A stretch of DNA of 64,000 nucleotides from Felis catus (lineage: Eukaryota): positions 90,396,001 through 90,460,000 of the forward strand of contig NC_058368.1 in the NCBI RefSeq assembly GCF_018350175.1, given 5' to 3'. The position numbers and the translations under genes were made by a program. Below, in pieces: positions 49,242 to 61,772 of this stretch. The notes beneath the pieces were generated by a model that saw nothing but the letters and a program-made list of their open reading frames with translations, ran no database searches and had not been told where the DNA came from. The number at the start of each line of letters is the position of its first letter. Within the stretch, counting starts at the first letter, position 1.

Positions 49242-49312
49242 CTTCGTGAAAGAAGATTCCGGCGACCCAGAGCGTGGCGAGGAACAGCGGGAAGTACTCG
49301 CTGCAGTTCACT
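49242..49312 (-). CDS. LTC4S: LTC4S exon 3
   Basis: ctcag|A GTG AAC...GAA G|gtctgg; [23 protein letters not shown]. Confidence 0.97.
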
Positions 49313-49418
49313 CTGAGGTGGGGGCGGGGCGGCGTGAGGGCGCGGGCGGGGGGCCTCGGACCCTGCAGCTGTCCGGGCTCGCTCCCTTCCTGCCCCAAGC
49401 CCTCCCTCCGCGCCTCAC

Positions 49419-49518
49419 TGGGCTCTGTAGACACGCTCGAACTCGGGCGGGCCGGTGGTGAGCGGCGGCGACACGCGGAAGACTCTGCGTGCAGAGATCA
49501 CCTGCAGGGAGAAGTAGG
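49419..49518 (-). CDS. LTC4S: LTC4S exon 2
   Basis: cccag|CC TAC TTC...GCC CA|gtgagg; [32 protein letters not shown](Q), MAPEG signature. Confidence 0.97.
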
Positions 49519-51362
49519 CTGGGGGCGAGTAGGGGCGGGAGTCAGGTCTGGCTGCCCCGAGGCCCGCAACCTCCGCCAGGTTCCCACCTTTTCTCCTTTC
49601 TACACGCTGAACTTGTCATGATTCCCCTTTAAAGCCCCCATGGAAAATAAAGTCCTCCCGAGGGGACCTCGTGCCCCCTCTCTTTCTGGGCTTGTCCTGT
49701 GTCCAAGATGTTCAAGGGGAGGGCAAGGTCCCTCTTCCCCCACCCTGAGATGCGTCATAGTTACACCTGTACTAGGGAGGGGCCCTCAAGCTTAGGACTG
49801 TGCTCCTGAATCCTTTGACTTGCAAAACACAGGCAAATGACCAGCTCCCACTCTAGACATGATCTTGGCTCTGGGGGTCCCTGAGTAGGGCATGCCACCA
49901 GGGCTTGAGGGCAGAGTTGTCTGCATTCTCCCTGGTGCAGGGGAGCACACACCCTGTGGTTTACAGTTCCTGGTCCCCACCAATAGAGAGGCGGATGCAG
50001 TGGGGGGTGGGGAGGGCTCCTGACCCTACTTCCGGCCAGGATCACTCAAGCCTGGGGCCCTGTGCCTCCAAACTGTGGTGTGGTCTTCTGCTTTAGTTTC
50101 TCTGCTCAGGTGCTCTGGACTCTGCCCTAAGTCTGACATACATCCTCTCCCCTACCCCCCAGTTGGTTGCTACTGAGACTCATCTAGTCCAACACCAGGC
50201 CTCCAGGGCTCTGCCTTCCCCTGCACCGCCCCCCCCCCCCCATCCTGTTCCAGCATGGATGGATCTAAGTGCACAAGGGCCTTTCTCTTGGTCTCAGGGC
50301 AGGGCCCCATCACACACACAGCTCCAGTGCTGGTTGTCTTCAGCTATCTTCCAGCAAGTCCTGTGGCGCTGGTGCGCTTGGTATGAGGCCTTCTGAAGAA
50401 ATATCCCATCCCAAGTGCACTGTGGGTGCCAAGGCTATGTGGACCATCACAGTGTAGGAGCTAGAGGGGGGTCCCATGGCTACGTGAGGAGGGGCTAAGA
50501 ACCGACCTTGCCAGTGCAGCAGGAGATCCAGTCAGCCTGTCTGCTCTGGCCCTTCCAGGGTCCCTGCCCAGGCTGAGCCTTGTCCTGGCCCATACAGTGT
50601 GGGGTAATGGCGTCCCAAGTGGTAAAGATATCTAGCCTCGGAACATGTCCTGTAGGGCCAGTCTAAAAGGCCACCATGCAATTTTGGAGGGCCAGGCAGC
50701 AGGTTCCAGCCCTGTCTAGCTCTATGCCATCCCAGCATAGAGAGAGTGCCTTTGAAGGCAAAGCCGAGTCCTGCTGGGACCCCCAGAAAGAGGATAGCTG
50801 GAGAGGGCAGGGATCAGCTGGACCAGGGCCACCCCAGGCCCATGGCTGACCCACTTCTGTACCCACCACCAGATCACCCTTTCATTCTGGTGCCCCCCCC
50901 CCCCGCCATCCCAGATCCTAGAGCCTAACACACCTGCATGCCCCACCTGCTCCCTGAAAGCCCTTGCCCTCTTCCAGGGTTCTATATCCCATCCCCAGCC
51001 CACACAAGGCATGCCTACCTCAGTTGTCCCTCAGGGGCCTTTTTCCATTTCACTGTCCCCTCCCTTGGTCAGGCACCCATGTCAGCCTTGGTCCCTGCCC
51101 AAGGTTTCACAGTTCACCCTGCAAATACTCCTTCCACGGCTTTCCCTGTCCCTAACCAAGGACAGCACAAGCGTCTCAGCCCCGGGGTATCCCAGCCTTC
51201 ACTGGTGCCAGAAGAGCTTGGGCACCAGGAGTCTGGGCCAGAAGCCCTGCCTCTGCCCCGCACCCACTCTGGGCCCTCCAGCACCTCCCCGGGGCCTGGA
51301 GGGCAGAAGACAGGCTGCAGGAGTTCAGGGCCCACCCACCTCCCAAACAGGAGCCAGCGCAC

Positions 51363-51420
51363 CTTGCAGCAGGACTCCCAGGAGGGTGACAGTGGCCAGA
51401 AGAGCCACGTCGTCCTTCAT
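51363..51420 (-). CDS. LTC4S: LTC4S exon 1 (start)
   Basis: accATG; MKDDVALLATVTLLGVLLQ, donor G|gtgcgc; the five exons sum to 453 nt = 150 aa + stop. Confidence 0.97.
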
Positions 51421-54400
51421 GGTGCTGGCAGGTCTGTCAGCCGGGCTGGTGTGTGGAAAGGAACTGCGGAGCTTTTATCAGCCCCTTTCCGCTGGCTCAG
51501 AGGCTGGCTCAGAGGCTGGTCGGAGAGAGGAAGACTGGCTCCATCTCCCCGCCCCTACTTAGTGGAGGGGGCACGACAGAGGGGTGTGGCCATGGCCAGC
51601 AAGAGCCCAGGAGCCTGGTCAGGCTAGGCAGACAGAAACCAGGGCCAGACAAAGCCTGGGCAGGACAGAGCAGCAGGCTGGGGACAACTCGGCCCCACCA
51701 CTTCCTCCCAGGCATTCTTGCCTCTTCTATGCCTAGTCCTGTGCTGACAGAGCCCAAGCTATCCACCTGGGCACACCATAGTGTTGGGTCAACCCAGTGT
51801 CCTTCAGGCCCTGTACCCTCAGCAGGTCCTAGGTGGCTCTCCAGACCTCCCCTTGTCCTGAGTCTGGTCTCAGGAAACCAGAGGATCCTACCTGAACTAG
51901 CCCCCTCACCCCCCACACAACATGCCTACACCACTTCCTATTGATCAAGTCCTGCTTATTCTCAAATCCACCCCGCCCAACCCCCCCCCCCCCCCATGCA
52001 CTTTCCAAGGCCTTCCCTGCCCCGGTCATCTCTCACCTGGACACAGGCCATGGGTTCCTCCAGGGTTCCCAGCCCTGACCCCCCTCCCACCCATACACAC
52101 CCACTTACCTATTTCCCTGATCACAGCCCAGGGCTCTTATAGAACATGCAATTCTGACAGCAGGGCAGTCCGGGCACCCAGACCAATTGGGCACAGCTGA
52201 GTCCCTGCTCTCCTCGAGAAACCTGATGCCCGCCGGTCTCACAGCTCCCTGGGCTCCATGCACACAGGCCATCCTGAAGCCCACCTTGCTGGCCCCGAAG
52301 GATGGGTCAGCCCACCCAGGGTGGTTGAGCCCAGCATCTCCTGGGACTCACACCTCAGAACAGTCACCTGCTGTTTCTGCCTGCCCAGGGTCCCTCCTTC
52401 CTGAGGTTCCAACCCTTCCTATTGTCAGGTCCTGTGGTGTGGACATAGCTGCCTCCCACCCCTCCTGGGCTTGAGGGATGAACGTATGAGTCCAAACTGA
52501 CTGAGCCAAGGCTAACTCAAGATGGTGAGATGCAGTTCTGGAAACTTTCTAAGGACTTTGGGAAGGGGAACTCAAAGTGAGGAGGAAGATTTCTGAGGGC
52601 CATTTATGGCTACTGGCCAACCTGAGGAAGACAGAGCTAACGCAAGGCCACGCTTTGAGGAGAAAGGTGGCCAGTGTCCTAGAGCCTCCTGGGACCACCT
52701 TGCCTGGGATCTACCCCCCCTCCCCCCCCTCCACCTCCCAGCCCCTGGCCATTCAGCCTTTCCGTTTTATAACACAGCCACTTCTCCTTTTGGCTCAAGC
52801 TGGTCGGAGGCGGGTTTTGGTCAGCTGTGGCACAGTCCAGACTGATACCTGAGCACAGGCAGGAGCTGGCAAGGCCACAAGCAGGCACAGGCCATGCCGT
52901 GGGATGAACAGAGCAGCTGGGTCTTTGGGGCAACTACCACTGCTTTTAGTCTTGGGCCATTGTGATCTCCTGGCACCCTCTGCCTGGTCTCTCTGGGGGA
53001 GTCTCCATATGTCAGGGTCATGTGACCTCTGGAGCTCTATCCTTGCCACCAGCTGGCCTCCTTCCTTGCTGTCCCCAAGCCTGGGTTCCAGCCCAAGAGC
53101 TTTGTTGCTTGCTGGGCTCCCCAAGAACCCCTTTTACCCTCTCATGGTCTGGCCAATGCCCAACAAGTGCCCCTTGCCATCATTGCCCCCAGCAAACCAG
53201 CTGCTCCCCAGGGGCCGCAGCGGGCTTCTCAGAGGCAGGGATGGGTCTCCGTGTCTGTGCCCTGCTTTGGACCAGCTTGCCAGTCACCATGGCAGCTGCT
53301 CAATGGTGGAGAAATGACTGACAGAAGCTCAGAAAGAGACTGGAGCACAAGGGAACAGATGCCAGACGTGCCCTCGAGCTCTCTCTCTGCCTGCTTAGCA
53401 CTCCTGTCCTCCCTGAAAGTGGTCCTGACCACAGCCCCCTGCTCTGGCCACCCCTCTGACCCCAGCTGGGACCCCAGGAGCAGGCAGACCGTGTGCCAGC
53501 GTGTTTGCGTGAAACACATGTGTCCGTGGTGGTCATTGCATGTGTTTCTCAGGGCCCCTGGGCTTGCTAGCATGTTGGAGTTCATCTGGGCCTACATGTG
53601 TGTCCGTGGGTCTCTGTGCATTTCAGGGGCTTCTCTCTGCCAGACTTTCATTTCCTCTGAGGCCTAGACATCTTCCCTTCCAAGCTGATCCCCTTCCCTG
53701 ACAACAGGAAGCTGAGGCAGCTCTGAGGAAGTCCTGGGGCAGATGTCCAGGCAGTAACTGGGGTCTCCACCCCTGGAACTCTCCCCAGATCCTGCAGTTT
53801 CCACCTCGCTCCCTCTGCCCTTGCCCAGTCTCTCAGAGCCCTGCCTAGGCTGTGCCTGCTCTGGCTGACAGAGGTCCAGCCCGGGGCCCTCCAGGCAATG
53901 GGCCACCCACTCACCCTCCTGGGCAGCCCTTGTTAGATGCTCACCTCATGAAGGAAGTTTAAAAGCCCCTCCCTGAGCCCCTGCAGGACATTCCTCTGCC
54001 CTCCAGCCCCTACAGGGCCCCGAGGAACCTTCTAGAAGCTGAGCTCACCAAGGATCTCTGGAGAGTGATTGAGTCAGCAGAACCATATGTTGAGAAGAAA
54101 CCACAATTTCAGAACAATAGACCACCATAAGCAGTGCAGAACTCGGACACTAAACTAAATTTAAAAAGGTGGGGAGCACGGGGCTGGCTCAGTTGGAAGA
54201 GCATGTGAATCTTGATCTCGGGGTTGTAAGTTCAAGCCCCACATTGGGTATAGAGATTACTTAAACTTAAAAAACAAAAAAGATGTTGAAATGATTTTAC
54301 TTACCCAAAAAGTTGCAAAAATAGTACACAGTTTCCATATACCCTTCACCCATCTCACTCTAAGTTGAAAATCTGATTTAACCATAATTCAGTTATACAA

Positions 54401-54746
54401 ACTAGGAAATTAACCTTGACACAAACCTATCAGCCATTCTACAGGTATCATTCAAATTTCCCCCAATTCTCCCACTAAAATAGGACAGAGGACTTAAAAA
54501 CATTATGCTAAGTTGTGTCCCAAACACAAAAGACCACATAGCGTATGACTCTCATTATATGAAATGTCCAGAAAAAGCAGATCAGAAGAAACAGAGAACA
54601 GATCACAGGCAGCCTGGGGGTGGAGGGGCAGATATGAGGAAGATGTTCTAGAACTGGATTATGGGGATGTTTGCACAGCTCAGTAAATTTACTCAAAGTC
54701 ACTGGATTGTACACTTAAATTGGGCAAATGTTGTGGTATGGAAATT

Positions 54747-54943
54747 GATTCTTGAACAAGACAGGGGTTAGAGGTAGCAACAGTCAAAAATCAGAATTCC
54801 CCCCAAACTTAACTACTAATAGCCTACTGTAGACCAGAAGCCTTACCCATAACATAATAATTAACACATATTTTGCATTTTACATGTATTATACAGTATA
54901 TTCTTACAATAAAGTAAGCTAGAGAAAATTAAGAAAATCGTGA
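54747..54943. mobile_element. Tigger2-like TcMar DNA transposon fragment
   Basis: aaacttaactactaatagcctactg...cttacaataaagtaagctagagaaaa resembles the recalled Tigger consensus. Confidence 0.65.
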
Positions 54944-55769
54944 GGGACCACCTGCCTGGCTCAGTCTGTAGAGCATGCGACTCTTGATCTCAGCGTTATA
55001 AATTTGAGCCCCACATTGGGTGTAGAGATTACTTNNNNNNNNNNNNNNNNNNNNNNNNNNNNNNNNNNNNNNNNNNNNNNNNNNNNNNNNNNNNNNNNNN
55101 NNNNNNNNNNNNNNNNNNNNNNNNNNNNNNNNNNNNNNNNNNNNNNNNNNNNNNNNNNNNNNNNNNNNNNNNNNNACCTCAGTAAAGCAGAGTGCGAGCA
55201 GGGGTGGGGAGAGGCAGAGAGAGAGAGAGAGACACAGAATCCGAAGCAGGCTCCAGGCTCTGAGATGTCAGCCTAGAACCCGAAGCAGGGCTTGAACTCA
55301 CAAACCATGAGATCATGACCTGAGCCAAAGTGGGACGCTTAACTGAGCCACCCAGGTGCCCCTAAGCTTTCTGCACAAAAAAATAAAGACCTATGATGAT
55401 AGCATGTCTTGCTCCTTTCAGCCCAACCTGCCCCCAGCCCACACTCCACCTGCAGAAACACCTCACAGATTCATGGCTCTGATCTTGGTCCTCCTCAACC
55501 TGGTGCTATTCGGGCACTGGGGCCCCTTAGACAACCCCCTAGGACTCCTGGGACCTTTCCCTGGCTACCCTTGTCCCTTTCTGTTTTCCTGGGTTTTCTA
55601 TCTACCCAGCCTTCCAGGAGTGCCTGTGAGGGGATGCCTCTGCTCCACCTTATCTCTGGCTCTGTGTGTAGTGGGTGCTCAAAAAAACATACCCATGAAG
55701 GGGCAAAGACTTCCCAGCTGGCCTGGCTGCCCTTCCGCCCCCTCCCCTTGGAAACCATTGAACTGAGAA

Positions 55770-57115
55770 TAGGGAAACAGTGACCTGAGTAAATAGAACA
55801 GATTCCTTTAGAGGATGGGGGGGCGGGCAGGGCACTTGCCATAGTGTTGCAAGGTTTTTACAAGGACACCTGGCCTCTGCTTCAGCCAGTGGGTTCTGGG
55901 CCTGGGAACTGATTTGGGTCTGGAAATGGGCAAGGGATCATGAGTTTCCACTGGCTCGGCTAACCTAGGTTTCTGCTGATCCATTTTTTTTTTTTTTAAG
56001 TTTATTTATTTTGAGAGAGACAGAGACAGCATGAGTGGAGGATGGGCAGAGAGGGAGACAGAGAATCCCAAGCAGGCTCTGAACTGGCAGGACAGAGCGC
56101 AACGTGGGGCTCGAAGCCAGGAAACCATGAGATCATGACCTGAGCCGAAATCAAGGGTCAGACGCTCAACCGACTGAGCTACCCACGTGCCCCTCTGCTG
56201 ACCCATTCTTGATCTCTTTTGGTTATATCTGTTAAGCAGCATACCCTCGTCGGCTGCCCATCTCTCTGGTCACTAGGTCACATTCTGCACGCCATCACTC
56301 TAGACTCTGCCATTCTGATCTTGCCAACCATCATGGTAGTCATTGACACCTGGCTTGCGATAGGTGTATNNNNNNNNNNNNNNNNNNNNNNNNNNNNNNN
56401 NNNNNNNNNNNNNNNNNNNNNNNNNNNNNNNNNNNNNNNNNNNNNNNNNNNNNNNNNNNNNNNNNNNNNNNNNNNNNNNNNNNNNNNNNNNNNNNNNNNN
56501 NNNNNNNNNNNNNNNNNNNNNNNNNNNNNNNNNNNNNNNNNNNNNNNNNNNNNNNNNNNNNNNNNNNNNNNNNNNNNNNNNNNNNNNNNNNNNNNNNNNN
56601 NNNNNNNNNNNNNNNNNNNNNNNNNNNNNNNNNNNNNNNNNNNNNNNNNNNNNNNNNNNNNNNNNNNNNNNNNNNNNNNNNNNNNNNNNNNNNNNNNNNN
56701 NNNNNNNNNNNNNNNNNNNNNNNNNNNNNNNNNNNNNNNNNNNNNNNNNNNNNNNNNNNNNNNNNNNNNNNNNNNNNNNNNNNNNNNNNNNNNNNNNNNN
56801 NNNNNNNNNNNNNNNNNNNNNNNNNNNNNNNNNNNNNNNNNNNNNNNNNNNNNNNNNNNNNNNNNNNNNNNNNNNNNNNNNNNAGCTGGGGAGAGGGGCA
56901 GAGGGAGAGAGAATCTCAAGCAGACTCCATGCTCAGTGTGGAGCCTGACTCAGGGCTCAATCCCATGACCCTGGGATCATGACCTGAGCCGAAATTGGAC
57001 GCTCAACTGAGTCAACCACACAGGTGCCCCCTGGCCTATATTATTTCTGTCTCTCTTCATCTCCATTGTTCCAAAGGCACCGGGTTCTGTCATGGCTATC
57101 ACCCATCCCAGACTA
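55770..57115 (-). mobile_element. Degraded ERVL internal (gag-side) fragment, interrupted by SINEs and a gap
   Basis: Minus strand resembles recalled ERVL-int sequence (gatgggcagccgacgagggta..., atcccttgcccatttccagacc...). Confidence 0.55.
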
Positions 57116-57279
57116 CAGGGGCCATGGAGGCAGGTAACAAACCCAAGTGTGTTCTGGGCCTCCCCAAAAAAGTCTTAGCCAAGTTCCATTTCACAGTGAA
57201 TTAGCTGGGCCCAAGACCCCTGGGGCATCTCCCTGGCTCCTAGATGTATTATGGGACAGTCCTACTAGGCAGCTGGCAT

Positions 57280-58036
57280 TGTGCAAAAAAGAGTTTACAC
57301 AACAGGGCCGCGATCACTGTCCTTGCAAGGTCAGCCCTCAGCTAACATCTGCCAACTTAGATTTTGGGAAAGTTCCCACCATTAACTGATAAGAATGGCT
57401 CACTGTGGCTAACCTGTTTGCGTTTATGTGGAACACCTACACTCCTTTTGGGAGTCTGGAATTTTGGTTCATGCTAGACAGACAGAACCTACATGCCAGC
57501 CCCCTATTAAAAACCTGGGGTGCTGGGGCACTTGGATGGCTCAGTCAGTTGAATGTCCAACTTTGGTTCAGGTCATGATCTCACGGTTTGTGAGTTTGAG
57601 CCCCACATCAGGCTCACTGCTGTCGGCACAGAGCCTGCTTTGGATCCTCTGTCCCCCTCTCTGTCTCTACCTCCCCTGCTCATGCTCTTTCTTTCAAAAA
57701 TAAATATACATTAAAAAAAAAAAAACCCGGGGTGCTGAGTCTCTAATGAGCTTCCCTGGTTGGCCACATTTCATGTCCTCACATCTTACTGCTGGAGGAA
57801 TTAAGCATGTGGCTCCAATGACGGGGGCTCTTGGAAGCTTGTGCCTGGTTTCCCTGGTCCTCACACTGTGTGCCTTCTCCCCTTTGCTGACTTTGATCTG
57901 TATCCATTGGCTGTAATCCAGCATGGCTTACGACTGAGCGCCAGGAGCTGTACTATGAGCCCCACTGTTGCTGAGTCCTGGGGGTGCTGCCAGCACATCA
58001 CGGGACCTGGGCTGGTCTTGGGGACCCTCTGATACA
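57280..58036 (+). mobile_element. MER21-like LTR with a nested SINE
   Basis: tgtgcaaaaaagagttt...ggtcttggggaccctctgataca; flanks ggcat/ggcag. Confidence 0.75.
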
Positions 58037-60140
58037 GGCAGATTCACACATTGGCTCCTTGGCCCATAGAGTAAGAGGTATTGGAGTAGGAAAAGCCAAG
58101 CAGAATCTCCTGAAACTGTTACCCACTCACCAAGAGAGTATGTTACAGAATAATACTGCCTCTGGGAGGAAAGACAGAGATTAGTGCCACACCGAAAGCC
58201 TTAAAGGTTGGAGGGTGGTGGTTCCTATCACCACCACCCCCAGGTTATATTCACCAGTCTGGCCCCTACAAAGAGCACATGAGTCCTGGCAGATGACAGC
58301 CACCAGCCTGGTCGCAGCCCTCACTGCAGCGGCCAGATGTGGAATAGTTGAGCACGTTACACAGGAGATGATGCAGAGCCACTGGATGTGATCATTTCCA
58401 TTCTCATCTGAAAAGAGGATTGGATGGGAGCACCTGGGGGGCTCAGTCGGTTAAGCCTCTGACCGGCTCAGGTCATGATCTTGCGGTTCGTGAGTTCGAG
58501 CCCCGTGTCAGGCTCTGTACTGACCGCTCGGAGCCTGGAGCCTGCTTCGGATTCTGTGTCTCCCTCTCTCTCCGTCCCTACCCCGCTTGCACTCTGTCTG
58601 TCTCTCTCAAAAATAAATTAAAAAACATTTAAAAATTAAAAAAAAGAAAATTAATCCTTTAAAAAATAAAAAATAAATAAATTTTAAATAAATTTTAAAA
58701 AATGGAAAGAGGATTGGAAGCAGTTTGGATTCACACGGGATGGACAGCATTACGTGTTTAGGCTTGCGCTGGGACTATTTTATTATATTTTATTTTTTTT
58801 AATGTTTATTTAATTTTGAGAGAGAGAGTGAGCACAAGCAGAGGAGGGTCAGAGAGAGGAAGACACAGAATCCATAACAGGCTCCAGGCTCTGAGCTGTC
58901 AGTACAGAGCGTGATGTGGCGCTCAAACTCACAAATTATGAGATCATGACCTGAGCCGAAGTCAGACGCTCATCCACTGAGCCACCCAGGCACCCCAACC
59001 CCAGGACCATTTTAATTGTCCCACTCTCTGTCATAATACAGTTCGGAGGAACCTTAATGCTCTGGGCATTCCCCCAAGATCACATTGGTCCATCATATGG
59101 ATGACGTCGTGTGATTGACCTGTGGAACAGGAAATGCTGAGTACATCAGTGGCCTTGGTGAGACACACACTCCGAAAGGCCAGGGACTCGTCACCTCAAT
59201 GAGGCTGCTAGTCAGTGGCCTATTGGAAATCCCCTCAGAAGTAAATACAGGGGCACCTGCGTGGCTCGGTTGAGTGTCCGATTTCAGCTCAGGTCATGAT
59301 CTCATGGTTCGTGACCTCGAGCCCCATGTCAGGCTCTCTGCTGTCAGTGTGGAGCATGCTTTGGATCCTCTGTCCCCCCTCTCTCTCTGCCCCTCCCCTG
59401 ATCGTGTTCTCTCTCTCTCTATTTCTCTTAAAAATAAATAAAACATTAAAAAAAAAGTTAAAAAAAAGAAGTAAATACAGGTTATTGCAGTTTGCATGAA
59501 AAAAGGAACACAAGACTTGGTAGGTCTCTGAGTTGGGGATGTGGCATATTCCACACTCAGGGACCCTACTGTGACACATTTATCAGATGACGTAGAAGGC
59601 TGCCAGCTGTGAAAAAGACCAAGGGCAAGGAAAGGCCTTTGCAGCAGGGCCAGGTTGCAGGGTGAGCACCCCCCTGCTTGGCCCACCAGGTCCAGCAGAT
59701 CCCCTCGAGCTGGAAGTATCTGTGATAGAGAAAGAGATGTCATGTGTTTCTGGCAAGCCCCAGTAAGAGTCATGGTGCACAGCCCTCGGGTCCCGGAGCA
59801 GGGCTATGCCTTCCCCACCAGGAAATGTACATCATTCCAAAAACGAAGCAAAACTTGACCATGGGACCATGGCACACTGGGGCACCAAGTGAGTATGTGG
59901 CCAGAGCCACCTGTCACTGGTCTATGGGACTGTGGTTCTAGGGCACCCAGAAAGTCACAACAGAGGACCATCACACAAGGGAACGGATGCTTGGTATTGG
60001 TTGAGTGGGGGTATAGGGCACACGTCAGTGTCTGCATCACCACCACCTCGGCCCCCTCCCAGAACCTCTCCCTCAGCCACTGGCCAAAACTGGCCCAGAG
60101 AGGGGCTCCCTTTGACCAGAGGGTCCTTACAGTGGCTTCC
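58037..60140 (+). mobile_element. Degraded ERVL pol (RT) fragment, interrupted by SINEs
   Basis: tcaccagtctggcccc (SPVWP) and atcacattggtccatcatatggatgac (ITLVHHMDD, degenerate YxDD motif). Confidence 0.7.
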
Positions 60141-60633
60141 AATGCACAGAAGCTCTTAATTTATTTTTTAATGTTTATTTATTTTTGAGAGAGAAAGAGC
60201 ATGAGCAGATGAAGTACAGAGAGAGGGTGGGACAGAGGATTGGAAGTGGGCTCCACCTTGACAGCACCTTGACAGCCCGATGTAGGGCTCGAACTCACGA
60301 ACCAGGAGATCATGACCTGAACCGAAACCAAGAGTCAGACACTCATCTGACTGAGCCACCCAGGCGCCCCACAGAAGCTCTTAATTTTACTGTAAGAAGT
60401 TTATCCATGTTTCACTGTTACCTTCATCTTGTATACTCAGGTCTCTAATCCACTGGGGGGTTGGTTTGCTTATGGTGTCAGGCTGGGGTTGCATTTTTTC
60501 CCCCAAAATGCTTTTAAACATAATTTCAGAAAATTTGAAAGAATATAAAGCGTTGTGGTATACTCTTCACTTAGGTTTCTCTCATTTTATTGTATTTGAT
60601 TTATCTGTGTCTTTTCTCTCCCTCTCTCTCTCT

Positions 60634-60635
<2 letters not shown>

Positions 60636-60670
<35 letters not shown>
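60636..60670. repeat. (CA)n microsatellite
   Basis: Directly visible. Confidence 0.95.
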
Positions 60671-60672
<2 letters not shown>

Positions 60673-60770
60673 TTTGCAGACAAGATGCCCCTTTGCTCTT
60701 CAATACTTCCATGTGCATAAACATTCTCATATAGCTACAGTACAATTAGCATAATCAGGAAATTAACATT

Positions 60771-61772
60771 AAGACAATACCATTATCAATATATACAAAT
60801 ATCGAATCATTATGCTGTACACCTGAAACTAATATCATGTTATATGTCAATTATATCTCAATTTAAAAAAAGACATTCTCTTTCTCTAAAAAAAAAAAAA
60901 AAAAAAAAGAAGGCTCCTGGGTGGCTCAGTCGGTTAAGTGTCCAACTTCAGCTCAGGTCATGATCTCATGGTTCTTTGGGTTCAAGCCCCGCATCAGGCT
61001 CTGTGCTGACAGCTCAGAGCCTGGAGCCTGCTTCAAATTCTATGTCTCCCTCTCTCTCTGCTCCTCGCCCACTCACACTCTGTCTCTCTCTCTCTCTCAA
61101 AAATAAATAAATATTAAAATAAATACATACATACAATACAATACAATACAATACAATACCAGGGACCCTGGGTGGCTCAGTTGGTTAAGTGACTGACTCT
61201 TGATTTTGACTAAGGTCATGATCTCCAGGTTCATGAGATCAAGCCTTGAGTTGGGCTCTGCACTGACGGTGTGGAACTTGCTTGGTATTCTCTTTCTCTT
61301 TCTCTCTCTCTCTCTCTGCTCCTGCCCCAATTGTGCTCTCTTCTCTTCAAAATAAATAAATAAACTTAACAAAAGACAATACTGTTATCAATATATACAA
61401 ATATTGAATCATTATGCTGTATACGTGAAACTAATATCATATTATATATCAATTATACCTCAATTAAAAAAAAAAAGACAATACCAGCAAGCCTGGGTGG
61501 TTCAGTCGGTTAAGCAACCAACTCTTGATTTCGGCTCACATCATGATCTCAAGTCCCACGTCAAGCTATGCAGAGCCTGCTTGGGATTCTCTCTCCCTCT
61601 CTTTCTGCTCCTCCCCCACTTGCTCTCTCTTCTCTCTCAAAATAAATAAACTTAAAAAAAAAGAGAGGATACCATTATCAATATACATAAATATCAAATC
61701 ATTATGCTGTACACCAGAAACTAATATCATGTTATATGTCAAGTATATATCAGTTTAAAAAAAGACAATACC
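60771..61772 (+). repeat. Three copies of a ~100-bp L1 3' tail separated by SINEs
   Basis: aatcattatgctgta(c/t)ac...gaaactaatatcat...AAAA recurs at about 60771, 61373 and 61669. Confidence 0.85.

Larger units (their letters stand above)
47200..49570. promoter_or_regulatory. CpG island over the MGAT4B 3'UTR, the intergenic spacer and LTC4S exons 2-5
   Basis: Dense CpG away from either promoter. Confidence 0.7.

Noticed and set aside
56219-56968. Long ORFs containing X runs (also near 8700, 35400, 44500, 47500 and 55100)
   Set aside because: Artefacts of translating through assembly gaps.
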